A stretch of DNA of 64,000 bases from an uncultured Bacilli bacterium (GCA_944363865.1 CALVVN010000024.1:9400-73399), one strand, 5' to 3'. Shown: positions 20,336 through 33,594, counted from the first letter of the stretch. Notes: generated by a model from the sequence alone, not told the origin. Made by a program: numbers and translations.

Positions 20336-21232
20336 TTAATCAATTTCCACCTTAATATCTAATATTTTCAAGATTCTTTCTAAATCTTTTTCACTATCAA
20401 ATGGTATAGTAATATTTTTATTATTAACCTTTACCATAGTTCCAATTTTATCACGCAATATGTCTTGAACATACTGATAATTAGGGTTAACTTTTGCCTT
20501 TGGTTTAGCTATAGGATTTTTACGAACATAATTCTCATTAACAATATTCTCTAGTTCTCTCACAGATAAGTTTTCATCTACAACTCTTTGCGTTAAGTCA
20601 AAAACTTTCTCTACATCACTAAGTTTACTTAGTATTCTTGCATGTCCCATAGATAATTTATCATCTAAAATAAGTTTCTGAATTTTAGAAGGTAACTGCA
20701 ATAACCCTAAAATATTAGTCAAGTAACTTCTGCTTTTTCCAATCTTCTTGCTTAATTCATCATGAGTTAAATGCAAAGTTTCTAACATCTTTTTATATGC
20801 TTCTGCTTCTTCAATTATATTTAAATCTTCACGTTGTATATTTTCAAGTATAGCAATTTCTAACATTTCTTCATCAGTAAAATCTCTTATTATTGCAGGT
20901 ATTTTTTCAAGACCGGCTTTTCTAGCAGCAAGTGTTCTTCTTTCTCCAGCAACAATTTCATAACCTTTTATGCTACGCTTAACTATAATAGGTTCAATAA
21001 CGCCATACTCTTTTATTGAAGTAGCTAGTTCTTCTAATTTTTCATCATCAAAAACTTTTCTAGGTTGATATGGATTGCTACGAAGTTCACTCAAATTTAA
21101 CAACTTAACATCCTCTTTATTACTACTTTCAATTATATTTCTTTCCAATTCATCAATATTAAAAGCTTCATTGCTGAATAGTTGTTCTAGACCCTTCCCT
21201 AATGCTCTCCTCTTCTCTTGCATTTCTTTCAA
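20336..21232 (-). CDS. parB: chromosome partitioning protein ParB/Spo0J
   Basis: 298 aa; ALGKGLEQLF, LRSNPYQPRK..., GERRTLAARKAGLEKIPAII ParB box/HTH; start may be an internal ATG (e.g. 21223) because 65 nt overlap parA. Confidence 0.9.
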   Translation of the reverse strand: MKEMQEKRRALGKGLEQLFSNEAFNIDELERNIIESSNKEDVKLLNLSELRSNPYQPRKVFDDEKLEELATSIKEYGVIEPIIVKRSIKGYEIVAGERRTLAARKAGLEKIPAIIRDFTDEEMLEIAILENIQREDLNIIEEAEAYKKMLETLHLTHDELSKKIGKSRSYLTNILGLLQLPSKIQKLILDDKLSMGHARILSKLSDVEKVFDLTQRVVDENLSVRELENIVNENYVRKNPIAKPKAKVNPNYQYVQDILRDKIGTMVKVNNKNITIPFDSEKDLERILKILDIKVEID

Positions 21233-21998
21233 TCACTTCCTTTGCTAAATTAATATACGCCAAAGCCCCTCTACATTTTGGATCATATTCAATTATAGGT
21301 TTTCCATGACTTGGTGCTTCTACTAATCTTACCAATCTAGGAATTATAGTATTAAATACTTTTTCCTTAAAAAACTTTCTTACATCTTCTACTACTTCTA
21401 AACCAACTAACGTTCTCCCATCTAACATAGTTAAAAGTACACCTTCAATATCCAATTTAGGGTTAACCTTAGTTTGAGTTAAAATTATAGTGTTTAATAA
21501 CTGAGTAACACCTTCTAATGCAAAATATTCACACTGAACAGGTATCAAAACACTATCTGATGCTGCTAAAGCATTAGTCGTTAAAATCCCTAAAGCCGGT
21601 GGACAATCAATAATTATAAAATCATATCTATCTTTAATTTTATTAATTTGATTCTTTAACTGATCCCCAAGTATAAAATTCTCTTCTTTCATACTAGTTT
21701 GCATTAATTCAATTTCAACACCACTCAAAAAAATCATAGAAGGAATTACACTAAGATTTTTAAACCTAGTTTTAACAATTGCTTCTGATATTTCGCATCT
21801 GTTAGTTATTACATCATAAATACTAAGTTTAATATTACCTTTATTCATCCCTAAGCCAGTTGTACTATTACTTTGAGGATCCAAATCTATTAATAAAACC
21901 TTCTTACTCAAGTGGCCTAAAGCACTACTTAGGTTAATACTAGTAGTCGTTTTGCCAACTCCGCCTTTTTGATTTACCAGTGATATAACTTTAGCCAT
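21168..21998 (-). CDS. parA: chromosome partitioning ATPase ParA/Soj
   Basis: 276 aa; deviant Walker A NQKGGVGKTTTSINL; ~20-aa C-terminal extension relative to typical Soj. Confidence 0.9.
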   Translation of the reverse strand: MAKVISLVNQKGGVGKTTTSINLSSALGHLSKKVLLIDLDPQSNSTTGLGMNKGNIKLSIYDVITNRCEISEAIVKTRFKNLSVIPSMIFLSGVEIELMQTSMKEENFILGDQLKNQINKIKDRYDFIIIDCPPALGILTTNALAASDSVLIPVQCEYFALEGVTQLLNTIILTQTKVNPKLDIEGVLLTMLDGRTLVGLEVVEDVRKFFKEKVFNTIIPRLVRLVEAPSHGKPIIEYDPKCRGALAYINLAKEVIERNAREEESIREGSRTTIQQ

Positions 21999-22096
21999 AT
22001 TACTACCTCGCTCACTATAACAATTTTAACACATATCATAAAATTTTAAAATAGAAATTATTAACAATATTGATAAAAAAAAGATGCAATTAACAT

Positions 22097-23980
22097 CTAT
22101 TTTTCTACACTTTTCTTTGTTTTTCTAGTCTTTGTCTTTTTAGAATTTTTGTAATCCTTAACAATTTCTTCAATTTCTTCCTTAGTTAAAGTTTCTTTAT
22201 TCATTAGTGTACTACTCAATAATTCAACTAATTCCTTATTCTTTTGAATAATATCTTTCGCGCGTTTATAACAAGAATCAATAATTTTTCTTACTTCTTG
22301 ATCAATTTCCAAAGCCACAGCATCAGAATAATTTTTAGATTTTATATAATCACGCCCCAAGAAAACTTCTTCGCTTCTATGTTCAAATTGAACTGGACCT
22401 AAATCGCTCATACCATATTCAGTAACCATACTACGTGCAATTCTTGTTGCTTTCTTAAAGTCATCACTAGCACCAGTACTCATTTCATTTAAAAATATTT
22501 CTTCACTTACACGACCTGCTAATAGTGAAGTGATTCTATCTAATAATTCGTCTTTAGTCATAACCATAGTTCTTTCTTCTTTAGGTAACATCTGAGTATA
22601 TCCACCAGCCATACCTCTAGGAATTATAGTTATTTTATGAACTTCTTCACCATTCGGTAATTCAATACCAATAACTGCATGCCCTGCTTCATGATAACAA
22701 ACAACCTTTTTTTCAAAATCAGTAACTTTCCTACTAGTTTTAGCTGGCCCCATTAAAACTCTGTCTCCAGCCTCATCTATTTCTTCCATACCAATAGACA
22801 ATTTATTTCTTCTAACTGCAAGAAGTGCTGCTTCATTGAGCATATTTTCTAAATCAGCTCCAGAATATCCAGGAGTTCTTTCAGCAATACGTTTTAACTT
22901 AACATTTTCATCTAATATTTTATTTTTAGCATGAACTTCCAAAATTGCTTCTCTTTCTTTAACATCAGGTAAATTAACAGTTACTTGACGATCAAATCTA
23001 CCAGGTCTTAACAAAGCTGGATCTAATACATCTGGTCTATTAGTAGCCGCAATTATAATAATACCTTCATTTGATCCAAAACCATCCATTTCTGTTAATA
23101 ATTGGTTTAAAGTTTGTTCACGTTCATCATGTCCTCCACCTAAACCAGTACCTCTTTGTCTACCAACGGCATCTATTTCATCAATAAATATTAAACATGG
23201 AGCATTTTGTTTAGCTTCCTTAAACATATCTCTAACACGACTAGCACCAACACCAACGAATAATTCAACAAAATCTGAACCACTTATATAATAAAATGGC
23301 ACTTTTGCTTCTCCCGCTACGGCTCTAGCAAGTAATGTTTTACCTGTTCCAGGAGGTCCTACTAATAACACCCCTTTAGGTATTCTAGCCCCTAATTTTT
23401 GGAATTTCTTCGGATTTTTCAAGAAATCAATTAATTCACTAACCTCTTCTTTTTCTTCCTTTAGTCCGGCAACATTTTTAAAAGTTGTTCCACTTTCTTG
23501 ATTCATTCTTGCACGACTTTTTCCAAAATCAAATGTGCCGCCACCTTTAGCATTACCCATTAATTTATTTATTAAATATAAACTAAGCCCTATTATCACC
23601 AAAGTAGGCACTATGTTGACTAAAATAACCACCCAAGAACTATTACTTGGATCTCCTTTAGTATCAACACTTAGATTTTGTTCCTTAGCCACTGTAAGAA
23701 TATTTTCAATAACACTATCACTTAACGGAACAATTAATTCAAATGTTTCATTAGCATCATAATCCTCTAATTTTCCACTTAAACTATAGACTCCACTTCC
23801 ACTTCTCGGCGTTATAGTCAATTCTTCAATTTTTCCTTCGTCCAAATATGTTGTAAACTCATTGTAATTCAAAGTATTAGTCTTCTTATTTAAAGTATCA
23901 AACAAATACATTGTACACAATATAACAACAAACAACAACAAATAAGGCATAAATGTTTTAACAACTGTATTCTTTTTCAA
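22097..23980 (-). CDS. ftsH: ATP-dependent zinc metalloprotease FtsH
   Basis: 627 aa; two N-terminal TM helices, AAA Walker [14 protein letters not shown] zinc site. Confidence 0.95.
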   Translation of the reverse strand: MKKNTVVKTFMPYLLLFVVILCTMYLFDTLNKKTNTLNYNEFTTYLDEGKIEELTITPRSGSGVYSLSGKLEDYDANETFELIVPLSDSVIENILTVAKEQNLSVDTKGDPSNSSWVVILVNIVPTLVIIGLSLYLINKLMGNAKGGGTFDFGKSRARMNQESGTTFKNVAGLKEEKEEVSELIDFLKNPKKFQKLGARIPKGVLLVGPPGTGKTLLARAVAGEAKVPFYYISGSDFVELFVGVGASRVRDMFKEAKQNAPCLIFIDEIDAVGRQRGTGLGGGHDEREQTLNQLLTEMDGFGSNEGIIIIAATNRPDVLDPALLRPGRFDRQVTVNLPDVKEREAILEVHAKNKILDENVKLKRIAERTPGYSGADLENMLNEAALLAVRRNKLSIGMEEIDEAGDRVLMGPAKTSRKVTDFEKKVVCYHEAGHAVIGIELPNGEEVHKITIIPRGMAGGYTQMLPKEERTMVMTKDELLDRITSLLAGRVSEEIFLNEMSTGASDDFKKATRIARSMVTEYGMSDLGPVQFEHRSEEVFLGRDYIKSKNYSDAVALEIDQEVRKIIDSCYKRAKDIIQKNKELVELLSSTLMNKETLTKEEIEEIVKDYKNSKKTKTRKTKKSVEK

Positions 23981-23996
23981 AATAATATCTCTCCTT

Positions 23997-25334
23997 TTAA
24001 TAGTACTTAAGTATTATATCATACTCTTCATTAATATTTTTGTCAAACTTACTTTTCTTTAAACCTGGAATCCAAACAATTTTACCAGTAGCGTCTATAA
24101 CTACAGGCCAAAGTTTTCTTTCTCTCATAGAAATCTTCTCATCAATAAACATATCATTAACTTTTTTTCTACCTGACATACCCTTAACATCCATTTTATC
24201 TCCATTTTTTCTTGTTCTAACAGTAAGTGGAAACACTATATCATTAGTTGATAATCTAGTAACAAAATTACTTGTGTCATCTGTTTTCTCTAAAACTTCT
24301 ATATTCATTCCATTTGGCAAGTTAACAATTTTATCTATTTCAACTTCATAATCATTATCTTCTACATCATCATAATTAAAACTAATTTTATCATAAGTCT
24401 TAATCGCTTTTACATTATTAGGCAAATGAACTATACTATTGGCTTTATCTGATTTAATTAGATTAAATATCAAATTAACATGTGTATCACTAATAATTAG
24501 TAAATCATCACCATAAATATGTTCTAAAATATTATATATTAACTTAGTTTGCAATATATGATCAATTTCTAAAAACTTATTTATATCAATTAACCCTTGC
24601 TTAAACACTTTTGTCATTACAATTCCTAATTGTTTTTCCACAAAATTATTATATTCCATTAAAGTCTCACTAAACTTTAAAAACTTTAAATGCACATTAG
24701 AATCTTCACCCTTTAAAAAAGGAAGCACATGTTTTCTATACCTATTTCTTGTATAAACTTCTTTTTCATTAGATTTATCGATGACGTAAGGTATAGAATT
24801 ATCTTTAGCATACTTTAATAACTGATCTTTAGTAACTGTAATTAGTGGCCTTAAAATAATATATTCACCTTTATGTATCATTTTTTGAAATCCACTATAA
24901 CCTTTTAAAGTGGAACCACGTACGATTCTCATTAAAATTGTTTCCATTAAATCATCCGCGTGATGTGCTGTTAATAAAAACTTTGCACTATATTGCTTAC
25001 ATATTTTATCAAAATAATTATATCTAATTGAACGGGCTTCATTATGGAAGTTATCTTCGCCATAATTTTCAATCTTCATATATTCAAAATACAACCCAGC
25101 ATCATCACAATATTTCTGAAGAAACTTACGTTCACTGTCACTTTCCTTACGTACATTATGATTCACATGCGCAACTACAACAAATAAATCCATTTCTTTT
25201 TTTATTCTATTAATTAAATGCAGTAAACTCATGGAATCAGGCCCGCCGCTAACACCTACGACAACAGTATCTTTATATTTAATACCGCTATCTTTTACTA
25301 AATAATTATAGACTTCATCCATATTATTCACCAT
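23997..25334 (-). CDS. tilS: tRNA(Ile)-lysidine synthetase
   Basis: 445 aa; PP-loop SGGPDSMSL motif, C-terminal TilS domain. Confidence 0.9.
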   Translation of the reverse strand: MVNNMDEVYNYLVKDSGIKYKDTVVVGVSGGPDSMSLLHLINRIKKEMDLFVVVAHVNHNVRKESDSERKFLQKYCDDAGLYFEYMKIENYGEDNFHNEARSIRYNYFDKICKQYSAKFLLTAHHADDLMETILMRIVRGSTLKGYSGFQKMIHKGEYIILRPLITVTKDQLLKYAKDNSIPYVIDKSNEKEVYTRNRYRKHVLPFLKGEDSNVHLKFLKFSETLMEYNNFVEKQLGIVMTKVFKQGLIDINKFLEIDHILQTKLIYNILEHIYGDDLLIISDTHVNLIFNLIKSDKANSIVHLPNNVKAIKTYDKISFNYDDVEDNDYEVEIDKIVNLPNGMNIEVLEKTDDTSNFVTRLSTNDIVFPLTVRTRKNGDKMDVKGMSGRKKVNDMFIDEKISMRERKLWPVVIDATGKIVWIPGLKKSKFDKNINEEYDIILKYY

Positions 25335-25977
25335 CTACTTTTTCTACAATATTTAACTTATTATTATCACTAATAAGTATAAACTGGGCAGAATCCTCAT
25401 ATCCCAAATCTTCTTCGTAAGTCCAAGAAGCACTGACTTTATACCCGTTATACTCTGTATCATTATATTCATAAGTAATTTCCTCAATATTACTAATAAC
25501 TACATCAGTGACAACAGGCAATTTTTGAGTTCTATTCCCATTTATATTACTTTCAATTGTATTATACATTGTATCACCTAGATTAATTTTAAAGTTTTCT
25601 ACCAAATCGTTATGTATAAACTCTAATCCACCTATGTCAGTACTAGCTAATTTATTATTTAAATTATACACGTCAACTACAAATAGTTGAGTCAACAAAG
25701 ATGCATATTTTTCATTATCAACTTCAGTTTCATCTAAAACTACTTTTAACTCATCAAAATATTTCTTATATAATTCAGTATCAGAATCATCTAAAGTATA
25801 TCCATACAAATCTAAAGTATCAAGATTTTTACGAGTTTCCACTTCTACATCATTATTAGCAAAAAAATCAAAGTATATTTTAACACCTACTATTGAAATT
25901 AAAACTAATAGTATAGCAAATGATACAAAATAATATATTTTCTTATAATTAACTTTCTTATTTTTTACTATTTTCAT
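25324..25977 (-). CDS. hypothetical membrane-anchored protein
   Basis: 217 aa; single N-terminal TM helix then acidic extracytoplasmic domain; no recognisable family. Confidence 0.4.
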   Translation of the reverse strand: MKIVKNKKVNYKKIYYFVSFAILLVLISIVGVKIYFDFFANNDVEVETRKNLDTLDLYGYTLDDSDTELYKKYFDELKVVLDETEVDNEKYASLLTQLFVVDVYNLNNKLASTDIGGLEFIHNDLVENFKINLGDTMYNTIESNINGNRTQKLPVVTDVVISNIEEITYEYNDTEYNGYKVSASWTYEEDLGYEDSAQFILISDNNKLNIVEKVDGE

Positions 25978-27988
25978 CTAAAACATTACCTACTTTCTCA
26001 ATTAAATCATGTGTAATTAGAGCTTTTGAAACATCTAACCTTTCTTCAGTATATTTTTTATATTTTTCAATGTAATCACTTTCAATTGGTTCATTTGTTA
26101 ATAACACATATTCATCTTTTAAATTATTATAAAACACTTTATTTGTTAAAAAATTACCATTTGGAAAAATCACTATTTTTTCGTTATTAGAAAATATATC
26201 GTTACCTAAAGCATAATGAACTTCAAATCCAAACATATTTGCAACAGTTGGTAATACATCATACATTCCCATAACATCTGTGATTTCTTCTGTAAGTTCT
26301 TTATCACTTGTCCAAATAATAAGCGGTGTATTTTTTAACATTTCATATTCATAAGTTCCCATTGGAATATATGTAGGATCAGTTTCATCTTTTACATCAT
26401 CAGTATTAGGATCATAATTATATAATAAATTAAATTGACTTCTACCTAACTTAGATTCATGGTCACCATATATAATAAATACTGTATTTTCATCTAAATT
26501 ATTTTCCATAACCATTTGAAAAAACTCTCCTAATGCTTGATCAGCATAATGTGCGCTTTTCAAATAATTACCCATATTTGTATCTTCTAAATAAGGAACA
26601 GTTACTTCTTCCACAATATTATTACCATTTTCATCTAATTCATCTAATGTTTTGTTAAAAGTAATTGAAAAGTCTAAGTCTGGATATTTATCTAAATCAT
26701 TAAATGGCGAATGGTTACTTAAAGTAATTATAGTTCCCATGTATTTTTCATTATTTGATTTGATTTCTAATAATTTTTCAATAGATTGTTTAAAAAATGA
26801 TTTATCAGATAATCCTAAACCAACATAATCATCTTGCGTTTCATCATTAGAAAATTCATAACTATCTTCTGCATAAAAATGCTGATATCCTAATGATTTA
26901 TACATAGTTTTTCTATTCCAATAATCTGCATTATTACCATGCATACTAAAAGTATAATAGTCTGAATCATTAAATAGCGATGGCAAAGCTTCGTATGTCC
27001 TATCATAATAATTCAAAAATACTGTTCCGCTACTAGATGGCATTAATCCAGTAGTTAAAGTAAACTCAGTATCACTACTAGTACCTACACTTATCTGAGG
27101 ATAAAAACGAGAAAAATACAATCCCTCTGAAGCTAATTTGTTCAAGTTTGGCGTTATTTCTATTCCATTAATTTCCAAATCTATGAGAAAGTTCTGGATA
27201 CTTTCCGCGTGAATAAAAATCACATTTTTACCTTTAAATATATCAGTATATTTATTATCAGACTTATCTGCATTTAAATTTGAATAGAACTCTCTATATG
27301 TTCTCGCAGCTTCATCGTATCCAAACATAGTATTCACTTTTGGCTCTAAACTTTGTATAACATCATTAAATGTATACATATAAATGCCAAACCTTTGGAC
27401 AATATATTCCCTATTCCATTGTTTAACAAACCTACTTATCTCCGTCCCAGTTAAAGTAACAATAACTATAGCAACAACAACAATACCACTTAACATAGTT
27501 CTTAAAAACATTTTTTTATTGTTTAAATTATTTTTCTTTTTATACCATACTTTATAAACAATTACGTAAATTATTAGTGCTAAAATATAAATAAAGTGAT
27601 ATATTTCCAATCTACTAGTAACAGAATCTCCAACTTCGCCAAGCATAGATAGTGTTCCAATTAAATTAATGTATACAAAAGATGAGTAAAACATATAATA
27701 TAAACTATTAACTATGCCTAAAAAAGTAAAAAATATTAAAACTGAAAGATAAAAAATAAATTGATTTTTTTGTTTAAACAAATATCCAAAAGAACCTATA
27801 ATTGTTGCAACAGTTAAGTCGCATAAAAAAGGTTTAAATGCAAAAGCATCACCAACAGTATTTAGTCGTAATACAAAACCTATTGCAACACTTAAAATAA
27901 GATATGTTATAAACAATGTATTATTAGTAAAATAGTTAAAAAAAACACTTTTAATATTCCCTTTTAATTCATTAATTTTATCTTTCAT
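25958..27988 (-). CDS. ltaS: LTA synthase family protein (LtaS-like sulfatase, polyglycerolphosphate lipoteichoic acid synthase)
   Basis: 676 aa; N-terminal 5-TM region, sulfatase domain with TSSDTEFTLTTG, HGNNADYWNR, SNHSPF motifs. Confidence 0.75.
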   Translation of the reverse strand: MKDKINELKGNIKSVFFNYFTNNTLFITYLILSVAIGFVLRLNTVGDAFAFKPFLCDLTVATIIGSFGYLFKQKNQFIFYLSVLIFFTFLGIVNSLYYMFYSSFVYINLIGTLSMLGEVGDSVTSRLEIYHFIYILALIIYVIVYKVWYKKKNNLNNKKMFLRTMLSGIVVVAIVIVTLTGTEISRFVKQWNREYIVQRFGIYMYTFNDVIQSLEPKVNTMFGYDEAARTYREFYSNLNADKSDNKYTDIFKGKNVIFIHAESIQNFLIDLEINGIEITPNLNKLASEGLYFSRFYPQISVGTSSDTEFTLTTGLMPSSSGTVFLNYYDRTYEALPSLFNDSDYYTFSMHGNNADYWNRKTMYKSLGYQHFYAEDSYEFSNDETQDDYVGLGLSDKSFFKQSIEKLLEIKSNNEKYMGTIITLSNHSPFNDLDKYPDLDFSITFNKTLDELDENGNNIVEEVTVPYLEDTNMGNYLKSAHYADQALGEFFQMVMENNLDENTVFIIYGDHESKLGRSQFNLLYNYDPNTDDVKDETDPTYIPMGTYEYEMLKNTPLIIWTSDKELTEEITDVMGMYDVLPTVANMFGFEVHYALGNDIFSNNEKIVIFPNGNFLTNKVFYNNLKDEYVLLTNEPIESDYIEKYKKYTEERLDVSKALITHDLIEKVGNVLDENSKK

Positions 27989-28115
27989 ATTTCTTCCTTC
28001 CTAAAATATTATAACAAATATAAGAAAATAATTCAAACTATATATAATAGTATATAGATCAAAATAGACAATAAAAAGCAGACATTTTTTGTCCACTTAT
28101 ATCATATAAATAAAA

Positions 28116-28994
28116 CTATTTTTTTGTAGCTTTTACCTTTTTTTGTATTTCATCAAGTTTCATAGTATTAGTTTTTTCAATTCTTTCTTCAACATTGATG
28201 TGATTGAATGCTAAACCAACCACAAAAACATACGCCATTAAGTAAAACCATAACATCAATATGACTATACTTGAAAGCCCACCATAGTAAGTGTTAAAAT
28301 GTGCAAAGTTTCTTATGTAATAAGAATATATAACGGTAATAATCATCCAACAAAATGTAGTAAAAATCGTCCCTTTATTTACATATTTGCTCGGAATCAC
28401 ATCATCAGGCGCAATAGTATAAACCAATTTAATGAATAAAAATACTACTAAAAACGTTATTGGAATATTCAAAACGGGATATAAAATATTAAATATGTTT
28501 ATTAATGTATTGTCCTCCTTGGTAAAATTCATAAGAATTGATAAAATAGTATCCCCGAACAAAGGAACAATTAAAATAAAAGTAAACAATAACACCATTA
28601 AAAAGGTTAAAACCAATGCTTTCAGTCTTCTACGAAAATATTTAGAATTATCTAAATTAAATATCGCATTTGATGCAATTATAATAGAATCAAAACCATT
28701 ACTTGCTAAGAAAAAAGCAATACACAAAAACACAATATTACCAATAGTAAATCCTGTATTATCTAATATTGGATATATTACATCTAAAACCTCTTTAGAA
28801 AAATTAACTTCTATAAAATTAGTAATAACGCTTAGTGATAAATTAAACGATGTTGCAACAAAAAAAATTATGGTAATTATAGGCACAACAGATAACACAA
28901 AATAGAATGCTAAATGCCCAGGCAAAATTAGCATTTCTTTTCGTTTCATAATTGAAATTAAGTTTTTGAAAAAAGATTTTAATTTTTCAAGCAT
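28116..28994 (-). CDS. YihY/BrkB-family membrane protein
   Basis: 292 aa; MLEKLKSFFKNLISIMKRKEMLILPGHLAFYFVLSVVPI typical YihY N-terminus, 6 TM. Confidence 0.7.
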   Translation of the reverse strand: MLEKLKSFFKNLISIMKRKEMLILPGHLAFYFVLSVVPIITIIFFVATSFNLSLSVITNFIEVNFSKEVLDVIYPILDNTGFTIGNIVFLCIAFFLASNGFDSIIIASNAIFNLDNSKYFRRRLKALVLTFLMVLLFTFILIVPLFGDTILSILMNFTKEDNTLINIFNILYPVLNIPITFLVVFLFIKLVYTIAPDDVIPSKYVNKGTIFTTFCWMIITVIYSYYIRNFAHFNTYYGGLSSIVILMLWFYLMAYVFVVGLAFNHINVEERIEKTNTMKLDEIQKKVKATKK

Positions 28995-28996
28995 AT

Positions 28997-31003
28997 TTAT
29001 TCACCCTTATTTTTTCTCATCATTATAAGAGCTTCATTAATAGCATCATCAATACTTTTAATTTCATCTTCTATCATTGAATATCCAATAGAAGCACCAT
29101 AAGGTTTAGGCAAATTATTAAATTCCTTATTTAATTTATGCATATATGTAATAATTACTTTTTCTTCGTATCCAACCATATATACCAAAAATTCATTACC
29201 ATCAGTTCTTATAATTTCCGAATTTTCTCTTTGCGTTTTTATCAAAATATTTGCAGCAGCTTTTATTTGGTTATCCCCTTCTTCATGTCCATATGTATCA
29301 TTTATTTCTTTGATTTTGTTCAAATCTATAGTAACTATTGCTTGTGGATAAACCTTATTCGCTTCCCAATACTCAATGTTATCATTAAGGAAATTTCTAT
29401 TTTTTAGATTTGTCATCACATCTAAATACATTAATTTATCTTCTCTTTTAATTTTTTTAGTCACTTTTATCTTCCTATTTAACAAATAGAAAAACAAAGT
29501 TATTGCGAAAATCAAAATCAATATATATGTAATATTACTTAGAACAAAATTCAATAAAACATTTGCATTCTTCTCATTTATTGTATTATTTAACGCTTCT
29601 AATTTAGTTTCTTCTGAAGATATAACCGCCATATAAAATTCAAATAAATTATTAAAAACACTATTATCAACGTTCATTAAATAATTTGCACTAGTAGATG
29701 ATTGACTATAAAATCTAACACTAAATTCACTTAATTCATCATTTTTGTAAAACTCATATGTTTCTTTTTCCAAAATTATCAAATCATCATCAGCTAAATC
29801 ATCAAATAATTCATTATAATTATCATATCCAGTTATTAAAGCACCATTTTGTTCAATATAACTACTTAAATTATTACCACTAACCATTTTTACATTAACA
29901 TTTTTTAATGCATTTAACGATTTAGCAACAAAGTTGTTATTATTATGCGCTAATAAAACATATTTAGTATTACCTAACCCCTTAGTTACCTCATAGTTAC
30001 CATTATTAATAGAATAATAATTATAAACTAAATCCACTTTCTTTTTATTTAAAGCGTTTACCAAATCATTTATATTGTTGTATTTTACAAACTTATACGT
30101 AGCTCCAGTAAATTCAGAAAACTTACTTAAATAAATATTTGATAAACCATTAAATTCCCTATTAATCATTCCCTCAATAGGAAGATTTTCAATATAACCA
30201 ACAATATAATCTTCATTTACTATACTTTCCTTTTGAACATCACTAAGTTCATTAGCAGTAAAATAAATATCTATTAAATTAGAATTAATACTTTTATCCA
30301 ATTCTTCTTGCCATCTATTCAAAAACTTTGCCAAAATATCATTTAATCTATCTCCATTTTGAGGCATATTAATAACATAATAGTAATTTAATCCATCTAA
30401 ATGATATACTATACTCAAATCATCATAAATAATATTATCAATATATCTATACAAAGGCATTATAGCAAAATGTGATCCACTTTCTAATGATTCCTTAATC
30501 TCACTTGTATCCGCACAAGACTTGTATTGAACTCCACTAACATCTTTCATATAGTCAGATACTAAAGATAAATCTGAAGATAAAACCGCTATTTCTCTTT
30601 CTTTTAAATCTTTAATTGAACTAATATTAGAATCATTTATTGAGACTAAAACATAATGATCTTTAAATAAAACTAAGTCATTTTCACTAATGGAATTAAC
30701 GACATTAAAACTATAACTTGAATTAGTTGTAACAACGTTTAAAGATAAATTAGTATCTTTTTCAAAATCATTTATAAAATCAATAAAAACACCTTTACCA
30801 GAAGAATTAAAAACCGGCAAATCACTAGGAACAGTTACATCAATAACGTTATTTACATTTGCGTTTATCCAGTTTTTTTCTAAAAACGAATATTCGTCTT
30901 TTGAATTTGAAAATAAAATTACAAACAAAATTACTAACGCAAAAACGACTAAACTAATTCCTCCAATAATTAAATATTTCCTTTTTGTTATTTTACCTAT
31001 CAT
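28997..31003 (-). CDS. membrane sensor: N-terminal TM, two extracytoplasmic solute-binding-like domains, second TM, C-terminal degenerate GGDEF domain (RTDGNEF)
   Basis: 668 aa; C-terminal GGDEF fold (YLDVMTNLKNRNFL..., GHEEGD) but signature GG[DE]EF replaced by DGNEF; no RxxD I-site. Confidence 0.65.
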   Translation of the reverse strand: MIGKITKRKYLIIGGISLVVFALVILFVILFSNSKDEYSFLEKNWINANVNNVIDVTVPSDLPVFNSSGKGVFIDFINDFEKDTNLSLNVVTTNSSYSFNVVNSISENDLVLFKDHYVLVSINDSNISSIKDLKEREIAVLSSDLSLVSDYMKDVSGVQYKSCADTSEIKESLESGSHFAIMPLYRYIDNIIYDDLSIVYHLDGLNYYYVINMPQNGDRLNDILAKFLNRWQEELDKSINSNLIDIYFTANELSDVQKESIVNEDYIVGYIENLPIEGMINREFNGLSNIYLSKFSEFTGATYKFVKYNNINDLVNALNKKKVDLVYNYYSINNGNYEVTKGLGNTKYVLLAHNNNNFVAKSLNALKNVNVKMVSGNNLSSYIEQNGALITGYDNYNELFDDLADDDLIILEKETYEFYKNDELSEFSVRFYSQSSTSANYLMNVDNSVFNNLFEFYMAVISSEETKLEALNNTINEKNANVLLNFVLSNITYILILIFAITLFFYLLNRKIKVTKKIKREDKLMYLDVMTNLKNRNFLNDNIEYWEANKVYPQAIVTIDLNKIKEINDTYGHEEGDNQIKAAANILIKTQRENSEIIRTDGNEFLVYMVGYEEKVIITYMHKLNKEFNNLPKPYGASIGYSMIEDEIKSIDDAINEALIMMRKNKGE

Positions 31004-31015
31004 ATTCTATTACTC

Positions 31016-31486
31016 CTAATTTGTCCAAACCACTTGACTATTTTTTGAATTTTTATAGCCCATAAGTGGATAAATATCACTTTCTTCTTCAACAGTTTTC
31101 GCAGTTATAATAATTTGAATATCATAAAATGCTTTTTCTTCTTCACTAAATACTTCTAAAGATTTAATAGCCAAACTTTGTGTATCTACTAATGATAAGT
31201 TCTCTTTTAAATCAATATTAATATAAATTATTTTTCCCTTTACATTAACAATTACATCATTAAATGCTTTATCTTCTTTATATAATTCCTTAACTAAATC
31301 TCCTACATTATCATCTATTTGTACTTCTTCTATTCCTTCAAGTCTATCCCCATAAGAATCTTTACCATTCCCAGAATAAAAATACATAACTAGTGAAACA
31401 CCAATAACAACAAAACTTATTAAAATAATAATTGCTAATACTAATAAAACCTTATTTTCAGAAAAAACACGTTTCACACTTTTCAC
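31016..31486 (-). CDS. hypothetical membrane-anchored protein
   Basis: 156 aa; N-terminal TM helix; no recognisable family. Confidence 0.35.
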   Translation of the reverse strand: MKSVKRVFSENKVLLVLAIIILISFVVIGVSLVMYFYSGNGKDSYGDRLEGIEEVQIDDNVGDLVKELYKEDKAFNDVIVNVKGKIIYINIDLKENLSLVDTQSLAIKSLEVFSEEEKAFYDIQIIITAKTVEEESDIYPLMGYKNSKNSQVVWTN

Positions 31487-31526
31487 CTCCTTTTAATTAT
31501 ACTATATTTTATTAATCTTGACTAGT

Positions 31527-33521
<1,995 letters not shown>

Positions 33522-33594
33522 CTAATAATAAAATATTTAAAAGGTTATTTGAATAATTTGTTTGTTTTTGCTAAAATTAAAGTGGTGATAATAT

